Positions 51,772 to 61,060 of a DNA stretch of 64,000 nucleotides are shown here, one piece after another; position 1 is the stretch's first letter, and every line of letters begins with the position of its first letter. Origin of the DNA: an uncultured Clostridia bacterium (GTDB taxonomy: Bacteria > Bacillota > Clostridia > TANB77 > CAG-508). The notes under the pieces are model-generated. The model did not search any database, was not told the origin of the DNA, and saw nothing but the letters and a program-made list of their open reading frames with translations. Location: positions 7,823 through 71,822 of the forward strand of contig CANQCU010000006.1 of the NCBI GenBank assembly GCA_947590905.1. The letters are read 5' to 3'. The position numbers were made by a program, and so were the translations under genes.

Positions 51772-51820
51772 CTATATTTTTATTTCCTTTCAAGTAATAT
51801 GTAACTTTGCTAAGCTAATG

Positions 51821-52264
51821 CTATATTGTACTGCCAGATCCTCCGCCAGCTCCTGATCCAGCATCTGTTATTGTTATTTGGTTTATTAAAGTTTGTGAAT
51901 CATATCCAGTAACTGTAATATCATATTTCTTTGTAGCTGATATTTGATTCTTTAATGCTGATAATTCAACTGCATCACTTGTACTAGTTCCACCATAAAT
52001 AACTGTAACTTTATTATCTGGATAAGAACCATTTTGAGATACTACTGAATCAATTAAGCCTCTAACTTGAGTTCCTCTTTTACCTGAACCTGCATATTGA
52101 TTTATTTTTGTATTGAAGATATCAATTGCAGTAGCATCCATTTGTCCCTCCATTTGGCTTTGTACTCCTGTAATTGAATTCATTACCATAATACCTACAC
52201 TTATTAATAAAATTGAAATTAAAATTGCTCCTGCGATGATTAGGGCTTTTGACGCGTTTTCCAT
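51821..52264 (-). CDS. Pilin-like protein (MENAS N-terminus, 147 aa), candidate major subunit
   Basis: MENASKALIIAGAILISILLISVGIMV... with a short globular domain and a Gly/Ser tail. GGAGG RBS. Confidence 0.6.
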   Translation of the reverse strand: MENASKALIIAGAILISILLISVGIMVMNSITGVQSQMEGQMDATAIDIFNTKINQYAGSGKRGTQVRGLIDSVVSQNGSYPDNKVTVIYGGTSTSDAVELSALKNQISATKKYDITVTGYDSQTLINQITITDAGSGAGGGSGSTI

Positions 52265-52371
52265 AAACTTTTTCCTCCTTTAACTTTTGTTTAAATATTA
52301 ATTATATATTATTTATATATTTTTTAACATTATTATACAATAATGTCAATATTAAAATCAAAAAATTTAAA

Positions 52372-52824
52372 TTATAATTCTTGTTGTTTTAAATATATCG
52401 TATGTACTCTTCCACTATCTGTATATTCTATATTTGTACATTTAAATTCTGTCAAATTAAAACTCATAATAAATTTATCTAATCCTATTTGATTTAGTCT
52501 TTCCATTTGATGTGTAACTTCTTTTGTATTTCCTTCTTCATCCAATGAAAGTAATGTTAATTCAACTTTAACAACATTTTCTTCATTTTCTAAATAATAG
52601 CCTTCATTATCCTTTTCAATAGCATATTTTTCATTATTGTCTATTGCTTTATTTATTATAGTTAATATATCTGTTCCGTAAAGAGTTTGTCCTAAATATT
52701 GTTCATATTCAGAATTAAATGACTTTAGGCTATTACTCTCAGCATTTTTTTGGCTTATTGCTACTGTTATAAATACTAATATAAGTATTACTACTAAAAT
52801 TATTGAAAAAAAAACTTTTTTCAT
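52372..52824 (-). CDS. Membrane-anchored protein homologous to the globular domains of the MENAS pilin-like proteins
   Basis: MKKVFFSIILVVILILVFITVAIS.... It shares LYGTDILTIINKAIDNNEK and a C-terminal F-C-...-Y-...-GRV motif with 53602..54265. Confidence 0.55.
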   Translation of the reverse strand: MKKVFFSIILVVILILVFITVAISQKNAESNSLKSFNSEYEQYLGQTLYGTDILTIINKAIDNNEKYAIEKDNEGYYLENEENVVKVELTLLSLDEEGNTKEVTHQMERLNQIGLDKFIMSFNLTEFKCTNIEYTDSGRVHTIYLKQQEL

Positions 52825-52903
52825 ATTATGTCCTTTCTTTATTATACTACTTTTAAATATTTTCTGCAATATTTTTTATAAATAATTAAAAAGTAATTAT
52901 TTT

Positions 52904-53035
52904 ATAAGAAAAGTGGCTTCGCCACATGTGCATTTTGCTTCGCCACATGTGCATTTTGCTTCGCAAATATGCACAGCCCAAGGTAACTTAACCTTGTTGC
53001 CCCGGAAATTTCTACGAAATTTGCCGGTGCAATAA
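52904..53035 (-). repeat. Intergenic repeat, family 2, copy C (long form, inverted) inside the pilus-like operon
   Basis: The reverse complement reads ttattgcaccggcaaatttcgtagaaatttccggggcaac-[caaggttaagttaccttg hairpin]-...gcaaaatgcacatgtggcgaa x2...gccacttttcttat. It contains a 21-bp tandem duplication at 52919-52960. Confidence 0.75.
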
Positions 53036-53085
53036 AAAATATTATTTAATCCTTAGTAGATTAACTATATAATATTAATGTATAA

Positions 53086-53565
53086 TTAATTTTCATTTAC
53101 ATGAATTGTTATCTCTTTTACTCTTCCTCTTTCATCTCTGTCATCAGTATAATATTCATCAATTTTACACTCAAAATAGCATTTAGGTTCTGCATTATCT
53201 GTAAATTTAGTATATTTTAATAAAAATTTTTCAGCTTTATTCTCAGCATTATTATCGATAAAGTATCTTAAAGATTCTCCTTCAAATGCTCCTGTATAAT
53301 TCACATATACTTTGTCATCTGGGTTTTGTCTATTCCATTCATCAACGAAATTAATTAAAGTTGCTGCATCTTGTGGTGTCATCTTTTTTCCTAAATAAAC
53401 TGTAAATTGAGAATTGAATTTTACTATTTTTGTTCTTGCTAGTTCTCTTTCATGTGATTGACCAGTTTGAACTGCAAATGAAATTTCATAAACAAATATT
53501 GAAGCAATAATTATTCCTATTAAAATTCCGCCAGCAATTATAAGAGCTTTTGATGCATTTTCCAT
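53086..53565 (-). CDS. Pilin-like protein (MENAS N-terminus)
   Basis: MENASKALIIAGGILIGIIIASIFVYE.... GGAGG lies 6 nt upstream. Confidence 0.6.
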   Translation of the reverse strand: MENASKALIIAGGILIGIIIASIFVYEISFAVQTGQSHERELARTKIVKFNSQFTVYLGKKMTPQDAATLINFVDEWNRQNPDDKVYVNYTGAFEGESLRYFIDNNAENKAEKFLLKYTKFTDNAEPKCYFECKIDEYYTDDRDERGRVKEITIHVNEN

Positions 53566-53601
53566 ATTCTACCTCCGTTTTTTAGTCTAAAATCTAATTA
53601 G

Positions 53602-54265
53602 TTATTTATATTGTTCAAAGGTCATACCTACAACTTTTCCTGTCTCTTTACTATATTTTACTTCTTTGCAGACAAAAGTTGCTCTTCTAAATTCTGCTGC
53701 TGGATAGTAAATTATATCATATCCACTATTTCCTCTAGGTACTCTTTCTGACGTATCATTACCATTATATGATATTCCATTTTGATCATCTGTAAATCCC
53801 ATTTTGCTTATAATTAGAGTTTCAAACATTGCTTGATTTGCAGATAATGTATACGTGTTTCCTGCTTTAAACTCGTAAATACTGCTTTTAAACTTATTAT
53901 TCATATCATAAGTTCCTTCTGAATTTAGTCTATATTCTTCTACTCTAGTTCCTATGGTTTTATTTATTTTTACTGTTACATCTACATACAATTCTGTTTC
54001 ACCATTTGCTATTGCTTTTTTATTTTTTTCGTTACTATCAATTGCCTTATTTAGCACACTTATTACATCAATTCCATACATTAATTTCTTGTTATAAGCT
54101 TCAAACCCGCTTATTGAAATCTTCAACTTCTTTTTCGTATGTATCGTGCTCCATGGTGCCTACGGCACTACCTAGATTATTGAACATTAGGTAGAATACA
54201 GATATTACAATCATTGCAATTAATATTCCACCAGCGATTATAAGAGCTCTTGATGCATTTTCCAT
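53602..54265 (-). CDS. Pilin-like protein (MENAS N-terminus), read through one CGG +1 site (CGGG)
   Basis: MENASRALIIAGGILIAMIVISVFYLMFNNLGSAVGTMEHDTYEKEVEDFNK|GFEAYNKKLMYGIDVISVLNKAIDSNEK.... The N-terminal exon-like piece (54110..54265) is absent from the ORF track. Confidence 0.65.
54106..54109 (-). other. In-frame CGG / +1 frame junction (aag C GGG ttt)
   Basis: Links the MENASRALIIAG... N-terminus (ATG 54265) to ORF 53602..54126. Confidence 0.8.
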
Positions 54266-54290
54266 ATTCTACCTCCTTTTTGCTTTTGTA

Positions 54291-56366
54291 CTACATCATT
54301 CCTCCAATAGTTTGGAATGAATCTGTCATACTCATTAATCCTATTGCAACTAATGGTACTATTAAATATCCGACAAAAAGAACTATCATTGGTGCAAAGC
54401 CTATAGCTTTTCCTATCATTCCTTTTCTAGATATCAATCTTTCATTTGATGCTTTTCTTCTTTCTTGGTAGTAATCTCTTTCTGTATCTAGTTCATCGAA
54501 AGCCTCCCTTATTGGTATTCTTTCAACTGCTGCTTGTAAACTTTCTACAATTGTTATTAGTGGTTGATATGTTATATCATTTTTCAATTCCTCTAAAGCT
54601 TCCCAAGCACCACTTTCATAGTTATTAACGCACTTTGAAATTGGTCCTTTGAATATATTAGCATATCTTTCTAGCCACTCTAATATCATTTCAACATTTA
54701 TTCTTTCAATCTTCATAAGCATTAATATTATTGTTTGGTATTGCATTACTTCATCTTCCATTTCAAGTTGTCTTAATATTTTTTGGAAATAAAGCATCCA
54801 AGTTGGTACCATATATCCACATGTTGCGAATATTAAACTTATAAGAACTTCAAACCATTTTATATATTCACTATTGATTGTCTGTAATTTTGTATATATT
54901 CTTTGTGCAGTTTTTTCTATTTCTTCTTCTTTTGCATCTTTATAATAGCTTGAATATTTAACTTCGAGTTCTATTTGTTCTACAGTAGTATTTACTTTAC
55001 CTCTAAATTTATCTAGGAATACATTATCAATTGTTGTTTGGTTCATGGCTTCTTTTTCCTGTTTTGATGACATTGATATCAAGTCAAAATCACTTGTAGG
55101 CGAAGTATAAATATAATCTATCGCTGTTTTATGTATTCTACCCATAAAAAATAAAGAAACAATGAATACTAGTATAGTTAAGCATATTTTGTTTATGTAT
55201 ACCCATTCCATTTTATCTTTTGAAGCAGCATCTTTTAATAATTTAGTTAAATTTTTATTAGCTTTAGTTCCTTTTTTTGGTATAAACAAGTCAACAAACC
55301 ATTTAACAATTGGTATTTTGTATAATTTAGCTTGCCAAGGATTTTGCGTGTTTTTAGATGAATTTTCTGATGTTGTATCCTTAACTTTTCTAATCAATAA
55401 ATAGCAAGCAAAAGTAAGTACGATTATTAGCATTTGTACTATTAATCCTAATTTTCCATCATAGAAACTTCTTGTAAAGCTAAAGTTTGATACAGCCCAA
55501 CTTTTTAAAGCTTCAATAAATAGAATTGGAACTATTGCGATAAATGATAAGCTTTGAAATACATAATCAAGCTTATCTCTTTTTAATATTTCTATCTGCA
55601 TTTCTTGTGTTATGTTATTTAAGTTTTTTAAGTATAAAGATGCACCTGATTCTGATTTTCTATCTCCAAATTCTCTTGTAAGATATGATATACCAGCAAA
55701 TTCTTTTAAATAACTATTAGGTGCTATATCATAATATTTTTCTAGTTCTTCTTCTGGGTCGTTTGATATTAGTATCTCATAGATTTTTTCTCCCTGTCTT
55801 GATACTTCTAATTCATCATTTTGAGATACCTGATATATTGCTTCTTCAACCATGTTATATTCATGATATGCATGTCTAATTTCTGAAAAGAAATTAACTT
55901 GTTGTTTTAGTAGTTTACTATCAAGCTTTGAAACCATACCTTCAATTATAGCTTCAATCATAAATATTTCGAATATTATAAGTATTCCTAAAAGAAGCTT
56001 ATTAGAGCTCGCCATTACTATAATTAAAAGAGTTAATGGTATTATTATTAATAATGCTTTTGTTATAATGGCAGATGCTTGTCTTCTTGTTTGGTATTCA
56101 TCTTGTACACTAATAATTTCTAGTCTTCTTCTTAGTTTTAATAAATATCTTTTTATTCCAGGTACTTTAACATAAAACATATATAGCTTTTGATATAAAA
56201 CATCTGAAGAATATCGATTTACTTTTGTTCCCTGTCTTAATTCTCTAACATACTTTCTTTCGCCTTTATTTAATGCTTTATTAATAAGTACATATGCTAT
56301 AATTAAGACAACCAAAGCTGCAAACGTTCCACCCATTATGTATATAAGGACTTCATTACTTGGCAT
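54291..56366 (-). CDS. Polytopic inner-membrane protein, putative TadB/TadC-like platform component (691 aa)
   Basis: Multiple TM clusters separated by cytoplasmic helical regions, located immediately downstream of the secretion ATPase. Assigned by position and architecture only. Confidence 0.45.
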   Translation of the reverse strand: MPSNEVLIYIMGGTFAALVVLIIAYVLINKALNKGERKYVRELRQGTKVNRYSSDVLYQKLYMFYVKVPGIKRYLLKLRRRLEIISVQDEYQTRRQASAIITKALLIIIPLTLLIIVMASSNKLLLGILIIFEIFMIEAIIEGMVSKLDSKLLKQQVNFFSEIRHAYHEYNMVEEAIYQVSQNDELEVSRQGEKIYEILISNDPEEELEKYYDIAPNSYLKEFAGISYLTREFGDRKSESGASLYLKNLNNITQEMQIEILKRDKLDYVFQSLSFIAIVPILFIEALKSWAVSNFSFTRSFYDGKLGLIVQMLIIVLTFACYLLIRKVKDTTSENSSKNTQNPWQAKLYKIPIVKWFVDLFIPKKGTKANKNLTKLLKDAASKDKMEWVYINKICLTILVFIVSLFFMGRIHKTAIDYIYTSPTSDFDLISMSSKQEKEAMNQTTIDNVFLDKFRGKVNTTVEQIELEVKYSSYYKDAKEEEIEKTAQRIYTKLQTINSEYIKWFEVLISLIFATCGYMVPTWMLYFQKILRQLEMEDEVMQYQTIILMLMKIERINVEMILEWLERYANIFKGPISKCVNNYESGAWEALEELKNDITYQPLITIVESLQAAVERIPIREAFDELDTERDYYQERRKASNERLISRKGMIGKAIGFAPMIVLFVGYLIVPLVAIGLMSMTDSFQTIGGMM

Positions 56367-56394
56367 ATTCTAAAGTACCTCCTTTGTTATTACT

Positions 56395-58351
56395 CTATAC
56401 TTTTGTTTTTCTTGTTTTCTTTTCTGGAGTTTCTTCTAATGTTTCAACTCCCGCATAGCCATCTTTAATTTTAAGATGCCAGTTTTCTTCAACAAACTTA
56501 TCAAATGCTTCTATGTCGCTATCATCCATGTTGTTTCTCATTTCTATTAAGTTTGTATCTGATATTCTATTTGTTAATACATATCCATCATCAACATGTT
56601 CTAGTATGTTAACATATCTATATGTTTCTCTATCTGTTATTTTTGTAAAATAATGTGTAGCATTATCCATAAATTTGTCAAGTTTTCCTTCAAGTGTTTT
56701 TTCTTTTCTGTGGTCAAATGTATACTCATTTTTATTTTCTACTGGAATACATTCTGTTATTCTTTCTATGTATCTTCTTCCTTTAAAGTCTTTGACTAAG
56801 TGAATATCAAAATTCAATACTTGTATAACCTGCTCTTCTGCTGTTTTTTCATCTTTAAATACACCAGTTCTTAACATTGAGTTTCTTAATGCTGTTACTA
56901 AGTTAGGGAATGTTTTAGCGTGGTGAGTAAATAACGTAAACTTAGAAGCAACTTGGGCAGCCTGTATCATCCAAGCAGCAACTGGGTCTGTTGCAACCTC
57001 TCCGGATTATGTTAACAGAACCGTCAGTTTTCTTTTGAACGTCTAGACCTTCCTGTCCAGAAACTGTTTCTGTTTCTCTAAATGATAATATGTTTCTTGT
57101 TGGATAAATTTTTCTTAAGTGTAACTCGAATGCAACCTCTTGAACCCTTATGTTCATTGTTTCGTATATATTTTCAATCATTGCCATAAGCATTGTTGTT
57201 TTACCACAACCTTGTTCACCTGTAAGTGATATAATTCTTGCTCCTTTTACTAGGAATTTTAATAAATCTATTGCTTTGTCTTTTCCATCACCATTTACTA
57301 TTTGTTCAAGTGTAGCACGTTTTACGTCGAACTTTCTTACGAAGAATGCCCATGTTTCTGAGAATGATGGTCTAACAACAACGACACGTGAACCATCTTT
57401 CATTTCATTAATTTTATAACCGTTAGAATCTGATAACTGACCAGGGTTATTATATTTATATATGTTTTGGCAAACTCTCTTTAATTCACTTTCTGTTCCA
57501 AAACTTAAAAATGCAAGTCTTATTGATTTTCCTTGGAAGAATATCCAAATACTATCACAAGCTCTAGGAACTTTGTTCTCCAAAATTTGGTCTAAATAGT
57601 CACCATCTGTTTGAGCAACCTGGCTTAAGAAACTTTCTGGAAGACCTGAAACTCCTCCTGAAACACCATCTATGTTCATATCTCTTATTTCATCTATGCT
57701 ACTATATCCTTTATATGATTGATATATTCTTTGTACTACTACATTTAATTTATCATGAAAATCTAAAGTAATATTTTCTTTTTCATATATTTCATCAATT
57801 TCTTCTGCTGTTATTACATATGATGGTTTAGCTTCTCCAGCTAAATATTTTAATGATGCTAAATTGTATTTTTTTATAAATTCTGTTAAGGCTTCATATC
57901 CAAATTGTTGTTTATATACATATATCAATATATCAAATTTGTCTTGGGCTGTAAGTAATGATGGTATATCAAAAGGTATAGCTTTTGATATATTAGTTTC
58001 ATCTGTTCCATACTCTTTAGACAATAAGTCATATATTAATTCTTTAACATATTTCTTATCATTAACATCTCCATATGTACATCCTTTTAAGGCCTTCTTT
58101 AATTCGTATTTTTTGTTTTTTCTTCTTTTTAGTTCTTCTTCTGATAAGCCTATATCATAAAGGTTGATTTTTGTAATTTCATCTAGTCTTCTTTTTACGA
58201 ATGCTGTCATCATCTCTAAGGTATAAGTTTTATCATCTTGTTCAACATCTTCCTCGACTTCTTCATTTTTTCTAGCAATTAATATTCTAACAACCAAAAA
58301 AACTGCAACTGCTAAAACTATTAAAATTGCCATTGTATTCATTAAATTCAT
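56395..58351 (-). CDS. CpaF/TadA (VirB11-superfamily) secretion ATPase, divergent, read through one CGG +1 site
   Basis: N-terminal TM, Walker A LTGEQGCGKTT, and the junction ...DGSVNII|GEVATDPVAAWMIQAAQVASKFTLFTHHAKT.... This corresponds to the family's conserved GE-box / His-box region. Confidence 0.75.
57001..57004 (-). other. In-frame CGG / +1 frame junction (atc C GGA gag)
   Basis: SVNII|GEVATDPVAAWMIQAAQ, the conserved GE box of CpaF/VirB11 ATPases. Confidence 0.85.
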
Positions 58352-58376
58352 ATCAGGATGCCCTCCTTTTAGTTTA

Positions 58377-59237
58377 TCAAATCCTCATTTGTAATTCTTG
58401 CATTTTATAAATAATTGCTTCTTCTGCTCTTTTTAATTCGCTTATAAAGAATGCTGTTCTGTCTTCAGTATCCTCTAATTTTCTTATTTTAGGATTTAAA
58501 AAGAATTCTGCTGTTACTCCTTCTTGTACGCTCTCCGCATAAATATGATTGTATGGTACTGATAATATTTCTTTTTTTTCTCCTAATTCTCTTGTTACAT
58601 TTTTTGTTGTATATTTTGAATCTCTATCATATCTATTAACTAATAGTAAAGTATTCTTAGATGTAAATAACTGATTTTCTTTTTCTTTTAGTTCTACTAC
58701 ATTTTGAAATTCTGATGGTTTTTGTTCAAAATTTAATATGACTATATTTGATATTTTTAATATCTCTCGTGTTGTTTTATCATCAAAACCATTATTCAAG
58801 TCTACAAATACTATGTCATAATATTTTTTTGCAGTATTGATTATTGTTTTACATGATTCATATATACTTGCATAATCAATTCTTTCTTCTGCTTTATCTG
58901 TTGGTCCAGCTAAGATTTCTAATCTTCTCTTTAAAATCATTCTAGTATAGTTAGGAACCATATCAGGTTGTAATCGGCTAGCTTTTGCAAGTTTTGACAT
59001 TCCTTCTATTCCTGATTCCAAGTCCATTGTTGATTTTTTATTTGTTACTAAATTTACTGTTTTTTCCATCATTTGCTTAAATCCAAATGCTTGCATTGTA
59101 ACCTGATCATTATATCTTGTTGACATTAATAATATTTTATAATTATGTTCTATTGCCATATGGGTAGCTATTGCCATTGCTGAATGTGTTTGCCCTATTT
59201 TACCGGTATTATTATTCCAAAATGTGACTATTACCAT
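58377..59237 (-). CDS. ParA/MinD-fold protein (TadZ/CpaE-like) with a deviant P-loop
   Basis: VTFWNNNTGKIGQTHSAMAIA...ILLMSTR...IVFVDLNNG. Confidence 0.55.
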   Translation of the reverse strand: MVIVTFWNNNTGKIGQTHSAMAIATHMAIEHNYKILLMSTRYNDQVTMQAFGFKQMMEKTVNLVTNKKSTMDLESGIEGMSKLAKASRLQPDMVPNYTRMILKRRLEILAGPTDKAEERIDYASIYESCKTIINTAKKYYDIVFVDLNNGFDDKTTREILKISNIVILNFEQKPSEFQNVVELKEKENQLFTSKNTLLLVNRYDRDSKYTTKNVTRELGEKKEILSVPYNHIYAESVQEGVTAEFFLNPKIRKLEDTEDRTAFFISELKRAEEAIIYKMQELQMRI

Positions 59238-59252
59238 ATACTATTTTCCTTC

Positions 59253-59942
59253 CTAATCTAAACTTTTTATTATTTTTGAAATTTCTTTTGTAGGAATTTC
59301 TCCATTGAAAATTATTTGCATTAAGTATTGTAAACTTTCTTTATAGTGGTCGCTTAGTCTTTTTATTTTTATTCTAGATACAATTTGATTTTCAACTGTA
59401 ACACTATAATTTCCTAATTCTATTGGGAAATTTACTATTTCATCATCCCATTTTATTTTATATCCTAGTGACAAATAATCCAAATATTCATTTTCTTCTT
59501 TTACCATATTTTTTGAAAATAATACCTTTGTTAGTTTTATTGGTACTGTGCAAGAGCTTAAAATTTCTAATCCTTTTTTTAAAGAATATAAATCAAAAGC
59601 TGTTACAAAACAATTTGCATAATTTTTTATAGCATTAAAGCTTTGGAACATTTCTGATGTGTCTATATCTATTAATGCAAAATCATAGTCCAATTCTTTA
59701 TTTCCAATTCCTAAATATTCTTTTATTTCTTCTATACTTTTGAAACCAACAGCAACATCAAACCCTTCAAAATCTGTCATATATGTTCTAGTTGGATTAA
59801 TAGATGGAACTACATATTTTGCTTTTTGATTTAATGTAGCATCTATCAAAAGTATTTTCTTTTTTGCTACTGTTAAAATTTTAGCTATGAATAGTACTAA
59901 ATCTATTTTGTCATATCCACCTAAAAAACCTATTATTTTCAT
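59253..59942 (-). CDS. ParA/MinD-fold-like protein with a degenerate P-loop (probably non-catalytic)
   Basis: MKIIGFLGGYDKIDLVLFIAKIL...ILLIDATLNQ...ALIDIDTS. No GK[ST] motif. Confidence 0.45.
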   Translation of the reverse strand: MKIIGFLGGYDKIDLVLFIAKILTVAKKKILLIDATLNQKAKYVVPSINPTRTYMTDFEGFDVAVGFKSIEEIKEYLGIGNKELDYDFALIDIDTSEMFQSFNAIKNYANCFVTAFDLYSLKKGLEILSSCTVPIKLTKVLFSKNMVKEENEYLDYLSLGYKIKWDDEIVNFPIELGNYSVTVENQIVSRIKIKRLSDHYKESLQYLMQIIFNGEIPTKEISKIIKSLD

Positions 59943-60032
59943 TAAAATTTTACCTTTTCCTTTCTAATTACCTATATATGCATAGTAAAAGTAAAGGTAT
60001 AAATCTCTTTACTTTTACTATATTTTATTTAA

Positions 60033-60923
60033 TTAAAGTCCTAAAGAATCAATATATTGTTGTCTTGCACTTTGTTGTCTTTGTGCTTCTTCTTCTACAT
60101 GATTTTCTACATTAGCTGTTGCATCATCTGCATATGTTCCTAATTGATTGTTTATTACATTTCTTTGATCTGTTTTATCTGTTGTATATCTTGCTGCTAA
60201 TGCTGCTTTTGCTACTGCTGTTATGTTTGGATCATCATTCATTAATTCCACAACTGTTGAATTAGCTATATATGTTGGTACAGCTGCTCCTTGCATTCCA
60301 GCATCCACATATGTTGTTGCATACAATAAAGATCCTTCCATCACGTATGCTTCTACTATTGCATTACTCATTGTAAGGATTTCGTCCTCTCCAACTTTTA
60401 ACCATACTGTACTGCTATCAGTTTCTTCTACATATTTTTTTGATAAAACAATATAATCTTCGCCTGTAGGAAGTCTTAATCTTATATCTATAGTTTCACC
60501 TTGTTCAAGTCTTGAAGGTAATATTAACATATTATATTCTTGCAATCTTTTATCAGGTGTATCAGCTTGTCCATCTATATTAATCATATCTGTTGTAAGA
60601 ACTGTACCCATCGTAAGTTCGATTTTTGCTGTTGCAGTATCAGTTATATATGTAACCATATTTGTATCTGTTACTGCATTACTTGGTACATTATTTGCTT
60701 CTACTTTGCTTAAAGTAGGCATACCGTCACTTATAAGTCCTCCTGATGCTACATCTTGTTTTAATACATATACATTTTTGTACTGTACTGCTGCTTGTTC
60801 TTTCTTTATTTTCCCTAATTGTGTTATTAAAAGTACAATTATTAACCCTGTTACTATTAGAGTTAAAAACATTCCTAATAAAAATGATGTTCTCGCTTTT
60901 TTTTGCATTGGATTCATTGCCAT
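60033..60923 (-). CDS. CpaB/RcpC-like pilus assembly protein
   Basis: N-terminal TM (FLLGMFLTLIVTGLIIVLLI), a SAF-like segment (YVLKQDVASGGLISDG) and a beta-rich body, encoded first in the operon. Assignment is moderate. Confidence 0.55.
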   Translation of the reverse strand: MAMNPMQKKARTSFLLGMFLTLIVTGLIIVLLITQLGKIKKEQAAVQYKNVYVLKQDVASGGLISDGMPTLSKVEANNVPSNAVTDTNMVTYITDTATAKIELTMGTVLTTDMINIDGQADTPDKRLQEYNMLILPSRLEQGETIDIRLRLPTGEDYIVLSKKYVEETDSSTVWLKVGEDEILTMSNAIVEAYVMEGSLLYATTYVDAGMQGAAVPTYIANSTVVELMNDDPNITAVAKAALAARYTTDKTDQRNVINNQLGTYADDATANVENHVEEEAQRQQSARQQYIDSLGL

Positions 60924-61060
60924 ATCTTATTTCCTCCTCATTTTTCGCATATTTTTACAGAATAACTTATCTTATTATCTATTATACAATATTAAAATAG
61001 AATATACAAGATTTTAACTGTTTTGTAATCTAATTGTAAAGTTTTTGTAATATTTTATTA

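Noticed and set aside
8294-53035. Possibility that the GC-rich intergenic repeats form a CRISPR array
   Set aside because: The copies are dispersed singly, apart from one tandem pair. They are 60-145 bp and internally palindromic. They are not separated by regular unique spacers, and no cas genes are present.
50829-54126. Treating 50829..51023 and 53602..54126 as independent small genes
   Set aside because: Both lack their own RBS or start context. Both join exactly in frame to upstream MENA-type N-terminal segments through CGG sites at 51096-99 and 54106-09.
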